A stretch of 64,000 nt of DNA. Origin: Candidatus Eiseniibacteriota bacterium. GTDB taxonomy: Bacteria; Orphanbacterota; Orphanbacteria; Orphanbacterales; Orphanbacteraceae. Position 1 is the stretch's first letter. Each line of letters begins with the position of its first letter. Under the pieces are notes generated by a model. The model was not told the origin of the DNA. It did no database searches and worked only from the letters and a program-made list of their open reading frames with translations. The stretch covers positions 71,712-135,711 of the forward strand of contig JAJRWB010000014.1 in assembly GCA_024276995.1 (NCBI GenBank). The letters are read 5' to 3'. Made by a program: the position numbers and the translations under genes. Below, piece by piece: positions 20,584 to 32,777 of the stretch.

Positions 20584-21027
20584 CTACGCCCCGTCTTTCC
20601 AGTGTTTCCGCTCCACGTCCTTGAGAATCCTATCGATCTGCTCTTTCGCGAGCGTCTCGCCGCTCGGTTCGAACAGGACCTTCTGGATCCTACCCCGGTC
20701 GTCCTTTTTGGCGTAGCGGATCGATTTGAGCACCTCGAGAGGGGTGAGAATATCCTTCGATACGCGCACCTCGAGCGGTTCGCCGTCGACATTCTCGTCG
20801 GGACTGTTGAACGGCGACATCCCCAGCGCCCAGCCGTGGGCGAGCATGCCGCACAGAGCGATCCTCAGGCGGTTCCACCCCTCGTCGGTGGACAGGTCGA
20901 TATTTCCCTTGAGCCGGAGAATCAGGCCGTCGACGACGGGCGCCATCTTGTCGACCACGTCGGGTTCGAGGCGGAGTTTCGTCAGGTTGACGAACATCTG
21001 GGAAATGATCTCGCGTGTCTGGGTCAT
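20584..21027 (-). CDS. hypothetical protein (about 147 aa)
   Basis: Minus-strand ORF 20584..21051. ATG at 21027 preceded by SD AAGGAG. The product MTQTREIISQMFVNLTKLRLEPD.. has no TM segment and no recognised domain. Confidence 0.4.
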   Translation of the reverse strand: MTQTREIISQMFVNLTKLRLEPDVVDKMAPVVDGLILRLKGNIDLSTDEGWNRLRIALCGMLAHGWALGMSPFNSPDENVDGEPLEVRVSKDILTPLEVLKSIRYAKKDDRGRIQKVLFEPSGETLAKEQIDRILKDVERKHWKDGA

Positions 21028-21252
21028 GCGCCTTTCTCCTTGGGGAACCACCGGAACGTGTTTCGGGCTACACCCTTATGATCGGTACGGCGGGCCGGTT
21101 TATTTACTCCTTTTCGGTTGACCCGCGGATCGACCCTTGCCTATTGTAGATCGGTAAACCGATCCCCACGGGAACCGTTCCCGGCGCGGGGATGTGAAAG
21201 TTGTTGGAAACAGAAGAGTTCGCCGCGCCGTTGCGGCGAAAGCGGTTTTGAA

Positions 21253-22335
21253 ATGACAGGTTGCATGTTTCGCTTCGTCCCGGGAGTAGCGCTCGCCCTC
21301 TCGCTCATCGTTGCGCCCGCTTCGGTGTGTCGGGCGGACGACTCTCCCGCGGGCAGGTATCTGACCAACGTGGAGCTGATGCATCTCGCCGTGCGGGAAG
21401 CGGTGGCGGATGCTCTCCAAGGGATGCCCGCCGTGGAAGGGGGACGAATCGCGCTTCGTCCGGTGGAAACGTCCGAGATCGACTGGCTCGTCGAGACCGA
21501 GCTGCTCGGGAGGCTCGCGTCGACCGCTTCCGGCGTCCGGCTCTACGAGGGTCGTCGCTCGAATCCGGGCAAAGCGAAACGAAACCGAAAAAGCGAGGAA
21601 ACGCCGGTGATGCCCGCGACGGACAAGCCGCCCGTCTTCAAGAGCGGACCTCCGGTAGGCGTACCCGAACAAGCATGCGAGAAAGGATTGGGAGGTGTCG
21701 TCACGGCCCGGCTCATTGTCAACGAGTCGGGCGGCGTGGCGAATACGGTCATCGAGGAGAGCGCCGGTTCCCCCTTCGACGAGGCGGTGGAGACCGGCGT
21801 GGCCTCCTGGCTATTCGATCCGGCCGGGAAAGATGGGGAGCCGGTGATCGGGACGGTCTACTGCCGTTTCGAGTTTCCGGTGGTCCCGAAGGAAGAGTGC
21901 GGTGAGAAAGCGATCCCCGGGGAATTCCTCGACGGATTCGAACCGAAGGGGGAGGAGACGGCGAAAGCCGCTCCACCGCCGGCCGCGGACGACGTTCCGA
22001 CACTGGCGTACAGGGTTTCGGAACTCGAGTTCCTTTATCCCGGGGCGGGGAGACGATTCGTGATCGGACCGAAGAGAGTCGAGAGGTTCGGGCGAACCCG
22101 GATCGATCTTCGCCTCGAGAAGGGGGGGGACGTGGTCTGGGCCTCCTCGGCGGAACACTACGTTTCCGACCGGGTGCCCGCCGGGGCTCTTCACGAACTC
22201 GAGGGGAGTGGTTACGAGTTCGCCCGTCCGCCGATGCCCGAATCGGGTATCGGAAAGGTCGTGGAACCTCTCGCCGTCGCCGGCGTGCTCGGCGGTATGA
22301 TCGTTCTCTTCTACACGAACCAAGCCGGCGATTGA
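21253..22335 (+). CDS. hypothetical envelope protein with a TonB-C-like domain and a C-terminal membrane anchor
   Basis: ORF 21118..22335. ATG at 21253 or 21268, then the signal peptide FVPGVALALSLIVAPASVCRA. A central stretch ..GGVVTARLIVNESGGVANTVIEESAGSPFDEAVETGVASWLFDPAGKDGEPV.. resembles TonB_C. Hydrophobic C-terminus. Confidence 0.45.
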   Translation: MTGCMFRFVPGVALALSLIVAPASVCRADDSPAGRYLTNVELMHLAVREAVADALQGMPAVEGGRIALRPVETSEIDWLVETELLGRLASTASGVRLYEGRRSNPGKAKRNRKSEETPVMPATDKPPVFKSGPPVGVPEQACEKGLGGVVTARLIVNESGGVANTVIEESAGSPFDEAVETGVASWLFDPAGKDGEPVIGTVYCRFEFPVVPKEECGEKAIPGEFLDGFEPKGEETAKAAPPPAADDVPTLAYRVSELEFLYPGAGRRFVIGPKRVERFGRTRIDLRLEKGGDVVWASSAEHYVSDRVPAGALHELEGSGYEFARPPMPESGIGKVVEPLAVAGVLGGMIVLFYTNQAGD

Positions 22336-22357
22336 CCGAACTCCCGCTGGGCGACGA

Positions 22358-23128
22358 ATGACATACCGTACGGGGGCGGCGTTCGCCGTCCTGATACTGT
22401 TCCTCGTGCTCGCCGGTTGCGGCGGAGGCGAACTCCTCCCCGCCGGAGAACCGGCGGAGCAGCTCGCCGTGGCCGGCGACTACCTGCGGCGGGGGAAGGA
22501 ACTCCGGGCGCTCGAAGCGTACCGGCTCATCGCGCGCAAGTATCCCGGTTCCGAGTGGGAGGAGAAGGCCCGTCTCGGAATCGCCCGCTCGTACAGGAAA
22601 CAGGGCGACTATTTCGCCGCCGTGCAGGAGTACGAATCGTTTCAGCGGCGCTTCTCCCGTTCCCCCCTCGTTTCCGACGCGATGCTCGAAATCGGCCTTT
22701 GCTATGTCGACCAGCAGGCGAAGCCGGAGTACGACCAGGAATGGAACGACAAGGCGATCCGCCAGCTCGAAGATTTCCTCGCGGCGTTCCCGGAAAGCCC
22801 CAGGGCTCAAGAGGCGCGCACGGCCCTTTTCGGAGCGCGGCGACACATCGCCCGAAAGGAGCTGGAGAACGGTATTACGTATGTGAAGCTTCGGCGGTTG
22901 AAGGCGGCCCGTTTCTACTTCGACCTCGTCCGGGAGAACTGGCCCGATACGCCCGAGGCGGCGGAGGCACTCTTCGAAACGGGACGCACCTTCGAGGCCG
23001 AGAAGAAAACCGATGAAGCGCTCTCATCGTACAGGAAGCTGATCGCCGGCTATTCCGATTCCCGTTTTGTGGAGGAAGCCGCGCGGCGCATCGACAGGCT
23101 CGAGAGGGAAGAGGGGAAGGGAAAATGA
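22358..23128 (+). CDS. bamD: outer-membrane protein assembly factor BamD (TPR lipoprotein)
   Basis: Lipoprotein signal with lipobox LAGC. TPR repeats. Typical BamD/YfiO motifs (..KYPGSEWEEKARLGIARSYRKQGDYFAAVQEYESF..). Confidence 0.8.
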   Translation: MTYRTGAAFAVLILFLVLAGCGGGELLPAGEPAEQLAVAGDYLRRGKELRALEAYRLIARKYPGSEWEEKARLGIARSYRKQGDYFAAVQEYESFQRRFSRSPLVSDAMLEIGLCYVDQQAKPEYDQEWNDKAIRQLEDFLAAFPESPRAQEARTALFGARRHIARKELENGITYVKLRRLKAARFYFDLVRENWPDTPEAAEALFETGRTFEAEKKTDEALSSYRKLIAGYSDSRFVEEAARRIDRLEREEGKGK

Positions 23129-23742
23129 GCGGTGTGCCGGTCATCTTCGGCGGTACCTTCGACCCGATCCACACGGCACATCTCTTCGTCGCCGAGGAAG
23201 CGGCCGAAATGGATGACGCCGGTGTCGTCCTCTTCGTGGTCGCCGGATCGCCCCCCCACAAGAGTGTCGAGGAGCTCTCCGACGCGGCGGACCGGCTCGC
23301 CATGGTCCGTCTCGCCATCGACGGGAACCCACGTTTCGACTGCTCCCCCATGGAGATCGAGCGGACGGGTCGATCGTACACGGTCGACACCATCGCCGAG
23401 GTGGCGAAACGATACGGCGCAACGCGCCCGCGTTTTCTCATCGGCTCCGACAGCCTATTCGACCTGCATCTCTGGAAGGATCCCGATACGATTCTGCGCA
23501 GCGCCGAGGTGCTCGTCGTGCCCCGGCCCGGGTTCGATCCTTCTAAAGAGACGGGTATCGCCCACGGGCGGTTTCGCCTTTTGGAGGCGCCGAGAATCGA
23601 TCTCTCGGCCACGGAAATCAGGCGCCGTGTCCGGCGTGGCGACTCGATCCGCTACCTCGTGCCGGAAAGCGTGCGACGTTATATTCAGGAAAAAGGCCTC
23701 TACCGAGAGGCCGGCGGAAAGGACTCCGATCATGTCGCGTGA
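23125..23742 (+). CDS. nadD: nicotinate-nucleotide adenylyltransferase
   Basis: GGTFDPIHTAHL (HxGH motif) and the ..GSDSL.. motif. 205 aa. ATGA overlap with bamD. Confidence 0.85.
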   Translation: MSGVPVIFGGTFDPIHTAHLFVAEEAAEMDDAGVVLFVVAGSPPHKSVEELSDAADRLAMVRLAIDGNPRFDCSPMEIERTGRSYTVDTIAEVAKRYGATRPRFLIGSDSLFDLHLWKDPDTILRSAEVLVVPRPGFDPSKETGIAHGRFRLLEAPRIDLSATEIRRRVRRGDSIRYLVPESVRRYIQEKGLYREAGGKDSDHVA

Positions 23743-25282
23743 TTCTTCGGTTTACACCGAGATCATCGTCAACGCCACGCCGAGCGAAACGAGGGTCGCC
23801 ATCATGGAAGATCATCGGCTCGTGGAATTCTTCGCCGAAAGGGCGGAGTCGGCGCGCCAGGTGGGCGACATCTACAAGGGGCGGGTGAACGCCGTGCTTC
23901 CGGGCATGCAGGCGGCATTCGTCGACATCGGCCTGGAAAAGACCGCCTTCCTCCATGTTTCCGACATGGTGGCGGCCGATACCGACTCGCTCGACGACGG
24001 TCCGTCGCGGCGGAAGGGGGAGCGGCGCTCGAGAAAGGTGCCGAAGGGGGTGTCGATCGAAAACCTGCTGAAGAAAGGCCAGGAGATCATGGTGCAGGTC
24101 ACCAAGGAGCCGATCGGCACGAAAGGACCCCGTGTCACCACGCAAATCTCTTTGCCCGGCCGCTATCTCGTGCTCATGCCGAATGTGGTTCACCTCGGGA
24201 TATCGCGGAAGATCGAGGAGAACGCCGAGCGGACCCGACTTCGCGCCTTGATCGAGGAGGTGGTGCCGAAGAAATTCGGCGTTATCGTACGCACCGTGGC
24301 GATGAAGAAGAAGAAGGGGCAGTTCGTTTCAGACGTGAAATTCCTCGAGAAGATCTGGACGAAGATACAGGGAGCCTATGTGCGCCAACCGTGCCCGTCG
24401 CTCCTTCATAAGGAGGTGGGCCTCACCACCGGGCTGATCCGCGATCTCTTCAACGAGGATGTCGATCGTCTGATCATCGACTCGAAAGGGGAGTACAGGC
24501 AGATCATCGCGTACTTGAACTCCACTTCTCCCGAGCTGAAGGACCGGATCGTTCTCTACGATGAGGAGGCGCCGATTTTCGACGCCTACGAAATCGAGAG
24601 CGAAATCGAAAAGACCCTCTCGCCGAAGGTCTGGCTGAAGCGGGGGGGGTACCTGATCATCGATCACGCCGAGGCGCTCGTGGCGATCGACGTGAACACC
24701 GGGCGCTACACCGGGGACAAGGACCAGGAAGAGACGATCTTCTACACCAATACGGAGGCGGCGAAGGAGATCGCCCGCCAGCTCAGGCTTCGCGACATGG
24801 GCGGCATCATCGTGATCGACTTCATCGACATGGAGAAGGAATCGAACAGGGAAAAGGTCCTCGAGACGCTCCGCGACGCCCTCAGGAGGGACAGGGCGAA
24901 GACGAGGACCTTCCGGGTGAGCGAGCTCGGTCTCGTGGAAATGACCCGCCAGCGGGTGCGCCCGAGCTTGATTCACTACTTCAGCAACATGTGTCCCCAC
25001 TGCAGGGGAACGGGAAAACGTCTCTCCCTCGAATCGCTCGCCCTGAAGGTGGAGCGCCTCCTCCGCCGCGTCGCGACGTATTGCAATGAAAAGAGCGTAT
25101 CGGTTCATCTCCATCCGGAACTCGCCCACTTCCTGGAGGAGAGCCGCGGAGGGCGATTCGACGGGATCCGGAAGCGTTACCATCTCGAGGTGGAGGTGCA
25201 GCAAGATGGATCGGCGGGGCGTGAGGATGTGAGGATTTTCAGCCGGTCGGGACAGGAGCTGACCGATAAGGTATTGTTTTAG
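23732..25282 (+). CDS. rng: ribonuclease G/E family endoribonuclease (Rng/CafA-like)
   Basis: ORF 23132..25282. The conserved protein starts at ATG 23732 (MSRDSSVYTEIIVNATPSETRVAIMED..). S1 domain, the DNase-I-like catalytic core and a Zn-link (CPHCRGTG). Confidence 0.85.
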   Translation: MSRDSSVYTEIIVNATPSETRVAIMEDHRLVEFFAERAESARQVGDIYKGRVNAVLPGMQAAFVDIGLEKTAFLHVSDMVAADTDSLDDGPSRRKGERRSRKVPKGVSIENLLKKGQEIMVQVTKEPIGTKGPRVTTQISLPGRYLVLMPNVVHLGISRKIEENAERTRLRALIEEVVPKKFGVIVRTVAMKKKKGQFVSDVKFLEKIWTKIQGAYVRQPCPSLLHKEVGLTTGLIRDLFNEDVDRLIIDSKGEYRQIIAYLNSTSPELKDRIVLYDEEAPIFDAYEIESEIEKTLSPKVWLKRGGYLIIDHAEALVAIDVNTGRYTGDKDQEETIFYTNTEAAKEIARQLRLRDMGGIIVIDFIDMEKESNREKVLETLRDALRRDRAKTRTFRVSELGLVEMTRQRVRPSLIHYFSNMCPHCRGTGKRLSLESLALKVERLLRRVATYCNEKSVSVHLHPELAHFLEESRGGRFDGIRKRYHLEVEVQQDGSAGREDVRIFSRSGQELTDKVLF

Positions 25283-25329
25283 AAGAGGTTGGATAGGGAG
25301 TTTCCGGGGGGGGCGACCGGTCGCGGCGC

Positions 25330-25358
25330 TTGACACGGCGCCGTGACGATGTTATAAA
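25330..25358 (+). promoter_or_regulatory. near-consensus sigma-70 promoter TTGACA-N17-TATAAA of rplU-rpmA
   Basis: TTGACA at 25330-25335, a 17-nt spacer, then TATAAA at 25353-25358. The ribosomal protein operon follows. Confidence 0.55.
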
Positions 25359-25433
25359 TAGTATTTTGGTCGACGAGCGGCTCACCGGTCGCCGTGCCGG
25401 ATGCGCGGCGGCGTTTCAGGAAGGGGAGAGAAG

Positions 25434-25778
25434 TTGTTTGCCATTTTGGAAACCGGAGGCTTCCAGTATCGGATCGCGCCGGGGGAGGAGATCGAAGTTC
25501 CCAGCATGCGAGTCGAGGTGGGAGAGAAGGTTTCGCTCCCCCACATTCTCGTCTGGGAAAACGAGGGGAAATGTGAAGTCGGAAGGCCGACGGTGACCGA
25601 TGTTTCCGCACAGGCGGAAGTGGTCGCCCACGGTCGGTACCCGAAGATCCTCGTCCAGAAGTTCAAGAGACGGAAGAAGTATCGGCGCCTGATCGGGCAC
25701 CGCACGCCGTACACGAGGCTGCGGATTCTCTCGATCGAACGGCGGGCGGCGAGCGTCGCGGCCGACGAAGAACGTTAG
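25434..25778 (+). CDS. rplU: 50S ribosomal protein L21
   Basis: ORF 25401..25778. TTG at 25434 after SD AAGGGGAG gives MFAILETGGFQYR.., the canonical L21 start. Confidence 0.9.
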   Translation: MFAILETGGFQYRIAPGEEIEVPSMRVEVGEKVSLPHILVWENEGKCEVGRPTVTDVSAQAEVVAHGRYPKILVQKFKRRKKYRRLIGHRTPYTRLRILSIERRAASVAADEER

Positions 25779-25823
25779 TCGAATCCGCCTCGAGCGGCGC
25801 GATTCGAATCAGGAGAGTTGCAG

Positions 25824-26090
25824 ATGGCTCATAAGAAGGGTGTAGGTAGTTCCCGGAACGGGCGGGACAGCCGGTCGCAGCGTCTCGGCGTGAAGCGGAC
25901 CGGCGGGCAGCCGGTACGGGCCGGCATGATCATCATCCGCCAGCGGGGAACGCACTTCATGGCCGGTCAGAACGTCGGACGGGGAGGGGACGACACCCTC
26001 TTCGCCACTGCCGACGGAACGGTTCAGTTCATTTCAAAGGGGAACAGGCGAAAGCTTGTCAACGTGCTGGCGCCCGGCGCGCCGGAGTAG
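25824..26090 (+). CDS. rpmA: 50S ribosomal protein L27
   Basis: [16 protein letters not shown].., the canonical L27 N-terminus. ATG at 25824 after SD AGGAGAG. Confidence 0.9.
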   Translation: MAHKKGVGSSRNGRDSRSQRLGVKRTGGQPVRAGMIIIRQRGTHFMAGQNVGRGGDDTLFATADGTVQFISKGNRRKLVNVLAPGAPE

Positions 26091-26144
26091 GACTGGGAGG
26101 GCATGCCGGTCGCTGTTTCGCCCGGCCCGAATTCGATCGGAAAC

Positions 26145-26173
26145 GGAGGGGAGTCGTATCCCCTCTATTCTTT
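26145..26173 (+). terminator. Rho-independent terminator of rplU-rpmA
   Basis: Stem GAGGGGA (26145-51), loop GTCGTA, stem TCCCCTC (26158-64), followed by TATTCTTTT. Confidence 0.6.
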
Positions 26174-26200
26174 TGGGCCGTATTCCTCCCGGGAGAGCCG

Positions 26201-29446
<3,246 letters not shown>

Positions 29447-29450
<4 letters not shown>

Positions 29451-30478
29451 GCGAAAGGAAGAAACCGGCGGTGGGAGAGGCGATCGTTGCGAGGGCGAAG
29501 GAGGTGATCCGCCTCGAAGCGGCCGCCGTCGCCGGAGTGGAGGAGCGAATCGACGGTACCTTCGTCGAGGCTCTCGATATCCTCTACCGGACCGTATCCG
29601 GCGGTGGCGGTGCGGCGGGGAAGGTGGTGGTCACCGGGCTTGGAAAGTCGGGTCTCGTGGGGCGGAAGATCGCGGCGACATTCAACTCCACCGGCGCCGC
29701 CTCGTTCTTCCTCCACCCGGTCGAGGCGGTGCACGGCGACCTCGGCATGGTGGCGAAAGGGGATGCGGTGATCGTTGTTTCCCGTTCGGGACGCAACGGC
29801 GAGATTACGGCGCTCCTTCCCTCGCTCCGACTCCTCGGCGTGCCGATCATCCTGATCACCTGCGCCGCCGGCGCCGTTTCGGAGCTGGCGGAGAGAGCGA
29901 CCGTCGTGATCGACGTAGGTGACATCACCGAGGCGTGCAGTATGAATCTCGCCCCGACGTCGAGCGCGCTGGCCGCCCTCGCGGTGGGCGACGCGCTCGC
30001 CCTATCGCTCTTCGAGGCCCGCGGCCTTAAGGAGGATGATTTCGCTCGCTTTCATCCGGGGGGCGTGCTCGGAAAGAGGCTTCTTCTCAAGGTGGCCGAT
30101 ATCATGCACCGGGGGGAAGCCGTTCCCCGGGTGGGCGCCGGCGCCCCGATGAAGGAGGTGCTCCTCGAGATCGTGGAGAAGCGGCTCGGCGCCACCACGG
30201 TGGCGGATGACGACGGGACGCTCCTCGGCATCGTGACGGACGGCGATCTGAAACGGCTCCTCCTCCGACACGAGGATTTCTTCGGTCTCACCGCCGGTGA
30301 AGTGATGAGCCGCGCACCGAGAACGATCGGCGAAGACGCCCTCGTGGCGGACGCGATGAAACGGATGCACGAGAGAGAGGACGCGGTGATCAGCTGTCTC
30401 GCCGTGGTCGATCGGTCGGAAAGGGTGATCGGTTTTCTTCACATGTACGACTGTCTGCGGAGCGGCGTCGGCTCGTGA
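29447..30478 (+). CDS. kdsD: arabinose-5-phosphate isomerase (KpsF/GutQ/KdsD family, SIS + tandem CBS)
   Basis: ORF 29276..30478. GTG start overlapping the kdsA stop (GTGA). SIS domain (VVVTGLGKSGLVGRKIAATFNSTGAASFFLHPVEAVHGDLGMV). Two CBS domains. Confidence 0.8.
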
Positions 30479-30508
30479 TCCCTCGGGGAGGGGCCGATCT
30501 TCTCGTTT

Positions 30509-30523
30509 TGGCACATCCTTTGC
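30509..30523 (+). promoter_or_regulatory. sigma-54 (RpoN) -24/-12 promoter element TGGCAC-N5-TTGC
   Basis: TGGCAC at 30509-30514, ATCCT, then TTGC at 30520-30523, followed by T. An exact match to the -24/-12 core, directly upstream of the lpxL-lptC-lptB-rpoN operon. Confidence 0.45.
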
Positions 30524-30552
30524 TTGACATGGCGGAATCCCCCTTATATTGT
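30524..30552 (+). promoter_or_regulatory. sigma-70-type promoter TTGACA-N17-TATTGT immediately downstream of the sigma-54 element
   Basis: TTGACA at 30524-30529, a 17-nt spacer, then TATTGT at 30547-30552. Confidence 0.45.
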
Positions 30553-30601
30553 GTGGACGACACGACTTCCGGCCTGCGGGCCAAGGGGGGAGAGGAACCG
30601 T

Positions 30602-31483
30602 TTGACCCTTCCGACTGCATTGGCATCCGAGGCGATCGGTATCGCCCTCGGGCTCGGGAAGGTCCTGCCCCGCCCCCTGGCGCTTCGCCTATTCAGTGCG
30701 GGCGGAGCGCTCTACCCCTACTTCGACACGGCCGCATGGCGGCGCACCCTTCGAAACCTCCGTCTCGTTTATGGCGAGCGCACGGAGGTGGAGGCGCTTT
30801 GTCGCCAGGTCTACCGCCAGATCGGGCGGAACGTGGTCGATCTCGCGAGGCTGGAAAGATCGCTCCCGGCGGACCTCGACCGGCTCGTGACGGGTGAAGG
30901 GTACGAACGGCTCGACAGGGCGCTCGGGCCGGGTCGGGGGGTGATCGGCATAACGGGCCATATCGGCAATTGGGAGCTTCTCGCCGCCTGGCTAGGGGCG
31001 AAGGGAATTCCCCTCACCGTGATGGCGGCGAAGGTGTTCAGCTCGAGGCTCGACGCAAGGTTGGTCCGGCTGAGGGCGCGCTACGGCGTCCGATCGATCC
31101 TCCGCTCGGACCCGCACTGCCTTCGCCATGCGATCCGCGTCCTCCGGCGCGGGGAGATGCTTGGGTTGCTCATGGATCTCAGCTCGAGATCCGCGCGGGT
31201 CGAAACGTCGTTTCTCGGCCACCCCGCGCGGACCGTGGCAGGTCCGGTCCGCCTGGCCGCGCACACCGGCGCGTCGCTGATTCCCATGGCGTGCTGGCGG
31301 ATCGCCGGAGACCGTTTTCGTGTGCAAATCGAGGAGGCCGTTCCGCTGGTGAAGACCGCGGATGCCGATAGCGATGTGAGGGAGAATACGTGCCGTTGCG
31401 TTCGAACGCTCGAGTCGTTCATCGAGGCCGCCCCTTCCCAGTGGGTGTGGATGCACGATCGATGGGACACGGGCGCCTCATGA
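30602..31483 (+). CDS. lipid A biosynthesis late acyltransferase (LpxL/HtrB/MsbB family)
   Basis: ORF 30524..31483. Family-typical regions (..GVIGITGHIGNWELLAAWL.., ..MLGLLMD..). The start is more likely the TTG at 30602 (SD GGGGGGAGAGG) than the TTG at 30524, which lies inside the promoter. Confidence 0.7.
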   Translation: MTLPTALASEAIGIALGLGKVLPRPLALRLFSAGGALYPYFDTAAWRRTLRNLRLVYGERTEVEALCRQVYRQIGRNVVDLARLERSLPADLDRLVTGEGYERLDRALGPGRGVIGITGHIGNWELLAAWLGAKGIPLTVMAAKVFSSRLDARLVRLRARYGVRSILRSDPHCLRHAIRVLRRGEMLGLLMDLSSRSARVETSFLGHPARTVAGPVRLAAHTGASLIPMACWRIAGDRFRVQIEEAVPLVKTADADSDVRENTCRCVRTLESFIEAAPSQWVWMHDRWDTGAS

Positions 31484-32007
31484 GAAGGGCCGCGCTTTTC
31501 GTCCTCCTCGCCGCCCTGTGGGGCTGCTCCGATCCGGAGCCCCCCGCCGCCGCACGGACGGGCGACATGGCGGTGCAGGAGACGAAGGTCCGCAAGTGGG
31601 TCGAATACCGCGGGGGAAGGATGCTTTGGGAGTTTCGCGGGGAAACGGTACGGTACTACGAAGATCCGGAGAGGGTGGAAGCGGACGGCGTGATCGTCGA
31701 TTTCTACGATGACGAGGAGAACTACTCCTCCACACTGGTGGCGGACTTCGGAAAGATCGACAGGAAAACGAGCAACATGGAGGCATCCGGTTCGGTGGTG
31801 ATGACCAACGTGGACGGGACGAGAATCGAAACGGAGACGATTTTCTACGAAGATGAAGGCGAACGGATCTATACGGATGATTTCGTAACGATCTATCGTG
31901 GAAACGAGAAACTGTGCGGATATGGACTGGAGACGGACACCGGTCTGAACGAAACTAGGATCAGGAGGAACGTGGTGGCCGAGACGGTCGGTGACGACCG
32001 TGGGTGA
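31480..32007 (+). CDS. LptC/LptA-family (OstA-like) periplasmic LPS-transport lipoprotein
   Basis: ORF 31390..32007. ATG at 31480 overlaps the lpxL stop (ATGA). Lipoprotein signal [17 protein letters not shown]. About 175 aa, beta-rich, immediately upstream of lptB. Confidence 0.5.
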   Translation: MRRAALFVLLAALWGCSDPEPPAAARTGDMAVQETKVRKWVEYRGGRMLWEFRGETVRYYEDPERVEADGVIVDFYDDEENYSSTLVADFGKIDRKTSNMEASGSVVMTNVDGTRIETETIFYEDEGERIYTDDFVTIYRGNEKLCGYGLETDTGLNETRIRRNVVAETVGDDRG

Positions 32008-32020
32008 GTCCCATGCGGCG

Positions 32021-32752
32021 ATGAGCAGGGCGGAGCGGCTCCGTACCGATCGGCTGTCGAAATCGTTCCGGGGACGGGAGGTGGTGCGGGACGTTTCGGT
32101 GGAAGTGAACAGGGGCGAGGTGGTCGGCCTTCTCGGTCCGAACGGCGCCGGGAAGACGACGACGTTCTACATGATCGTCGGGATGATCCGCCCGAAGAGC
32201 GGACGGATTTTTCTCGACGAAATGGACGTAACACCCCTTCCGATGTATCGGCGGGCGCGGAAGGGTATCGGCTACCTTCCGCAGGAGTCGTCGATTTTTC
32301 AGAAACTCACCGTGGAGCAGAACGTGCTGGCCGTACTCGAAACGCTTCCTCTTCGCAAGGTGGAGAGGAAAGAGCGCGCCCGGAAGCTTCTTTGCGAACT
32401 GGGCATCGAAAGCCTGGCGAAATCGAAGGCGTACACCCTGTCGGGAGGCGAAAGGAGACGCGCGGAGATCAGCCGCGCCTTGGCGACGGAGCCGTCGTTT
32501 CTCCTTCTCGACGAGCCGTTCGCCGGCATCGATCCGATCGCTGTGCAGGATATCCAGGAGATCATCGGCTCGTTGCGGGAGAGGGGGATCGGCGTTTTGA
32601 TCACCGATCATAATGTGAGGGAGACCCTCTCGATCACGAATCGTGCATATATTATGTATGAGGGGCGTGTGCTTCTTTCGGGAAGCGCCGCCGATCTCGC
32701 GCGGAACCCGGAAGCCCGCGAGATCTACCTGGGGGAGAAGTTCCAGCTCTAG
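32021..32752 (+). CDS. lptB: LPS export ABC transporter ATP-binding protein LptB
   Basis: [13 protein letters not shown] (Walker A), LSGGERRR and [12 protein letters not shown]. About 243 aa from ATG 32021 ([16 protein letters not shown]..). The alternative GTG at 31991 would overlap the upstream gene. Confidence 0.85.
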   Translation: MSRAERLRTDRLSKSFRGREVVRDVSVEVNRGEVVGLLGPNGAGKTTTFYMIVGMIRPKSGRIFLDEMDVTPLPMYRRARKGIGYLPQESSIFQKLTVEQNVLAVLETLPLRKVERKERARKLLCELGIESLAKSKAYTLSGGERRRAEISRALATEPSFLLLDEPFAGIDPIAVQDIQEIIGSLRERGIGVLITDHNVRETLSITNRAYIMYEGRVLLSGSAADLARNPEAREIYLGEKFQL

Positions 32753-32777
32753 CCCGGGCGGCGAAAGGGAGGCGGAC

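Noticed and set aside
20148-20792. 214-aa minus-strand ORF spanning the 20184..20567 and 20584..21027 genes.
   Set aside because: It overlaps two better-supported small genes, each with its own promoter or SD. The product is Arg/Ser-rich and low-complexity.
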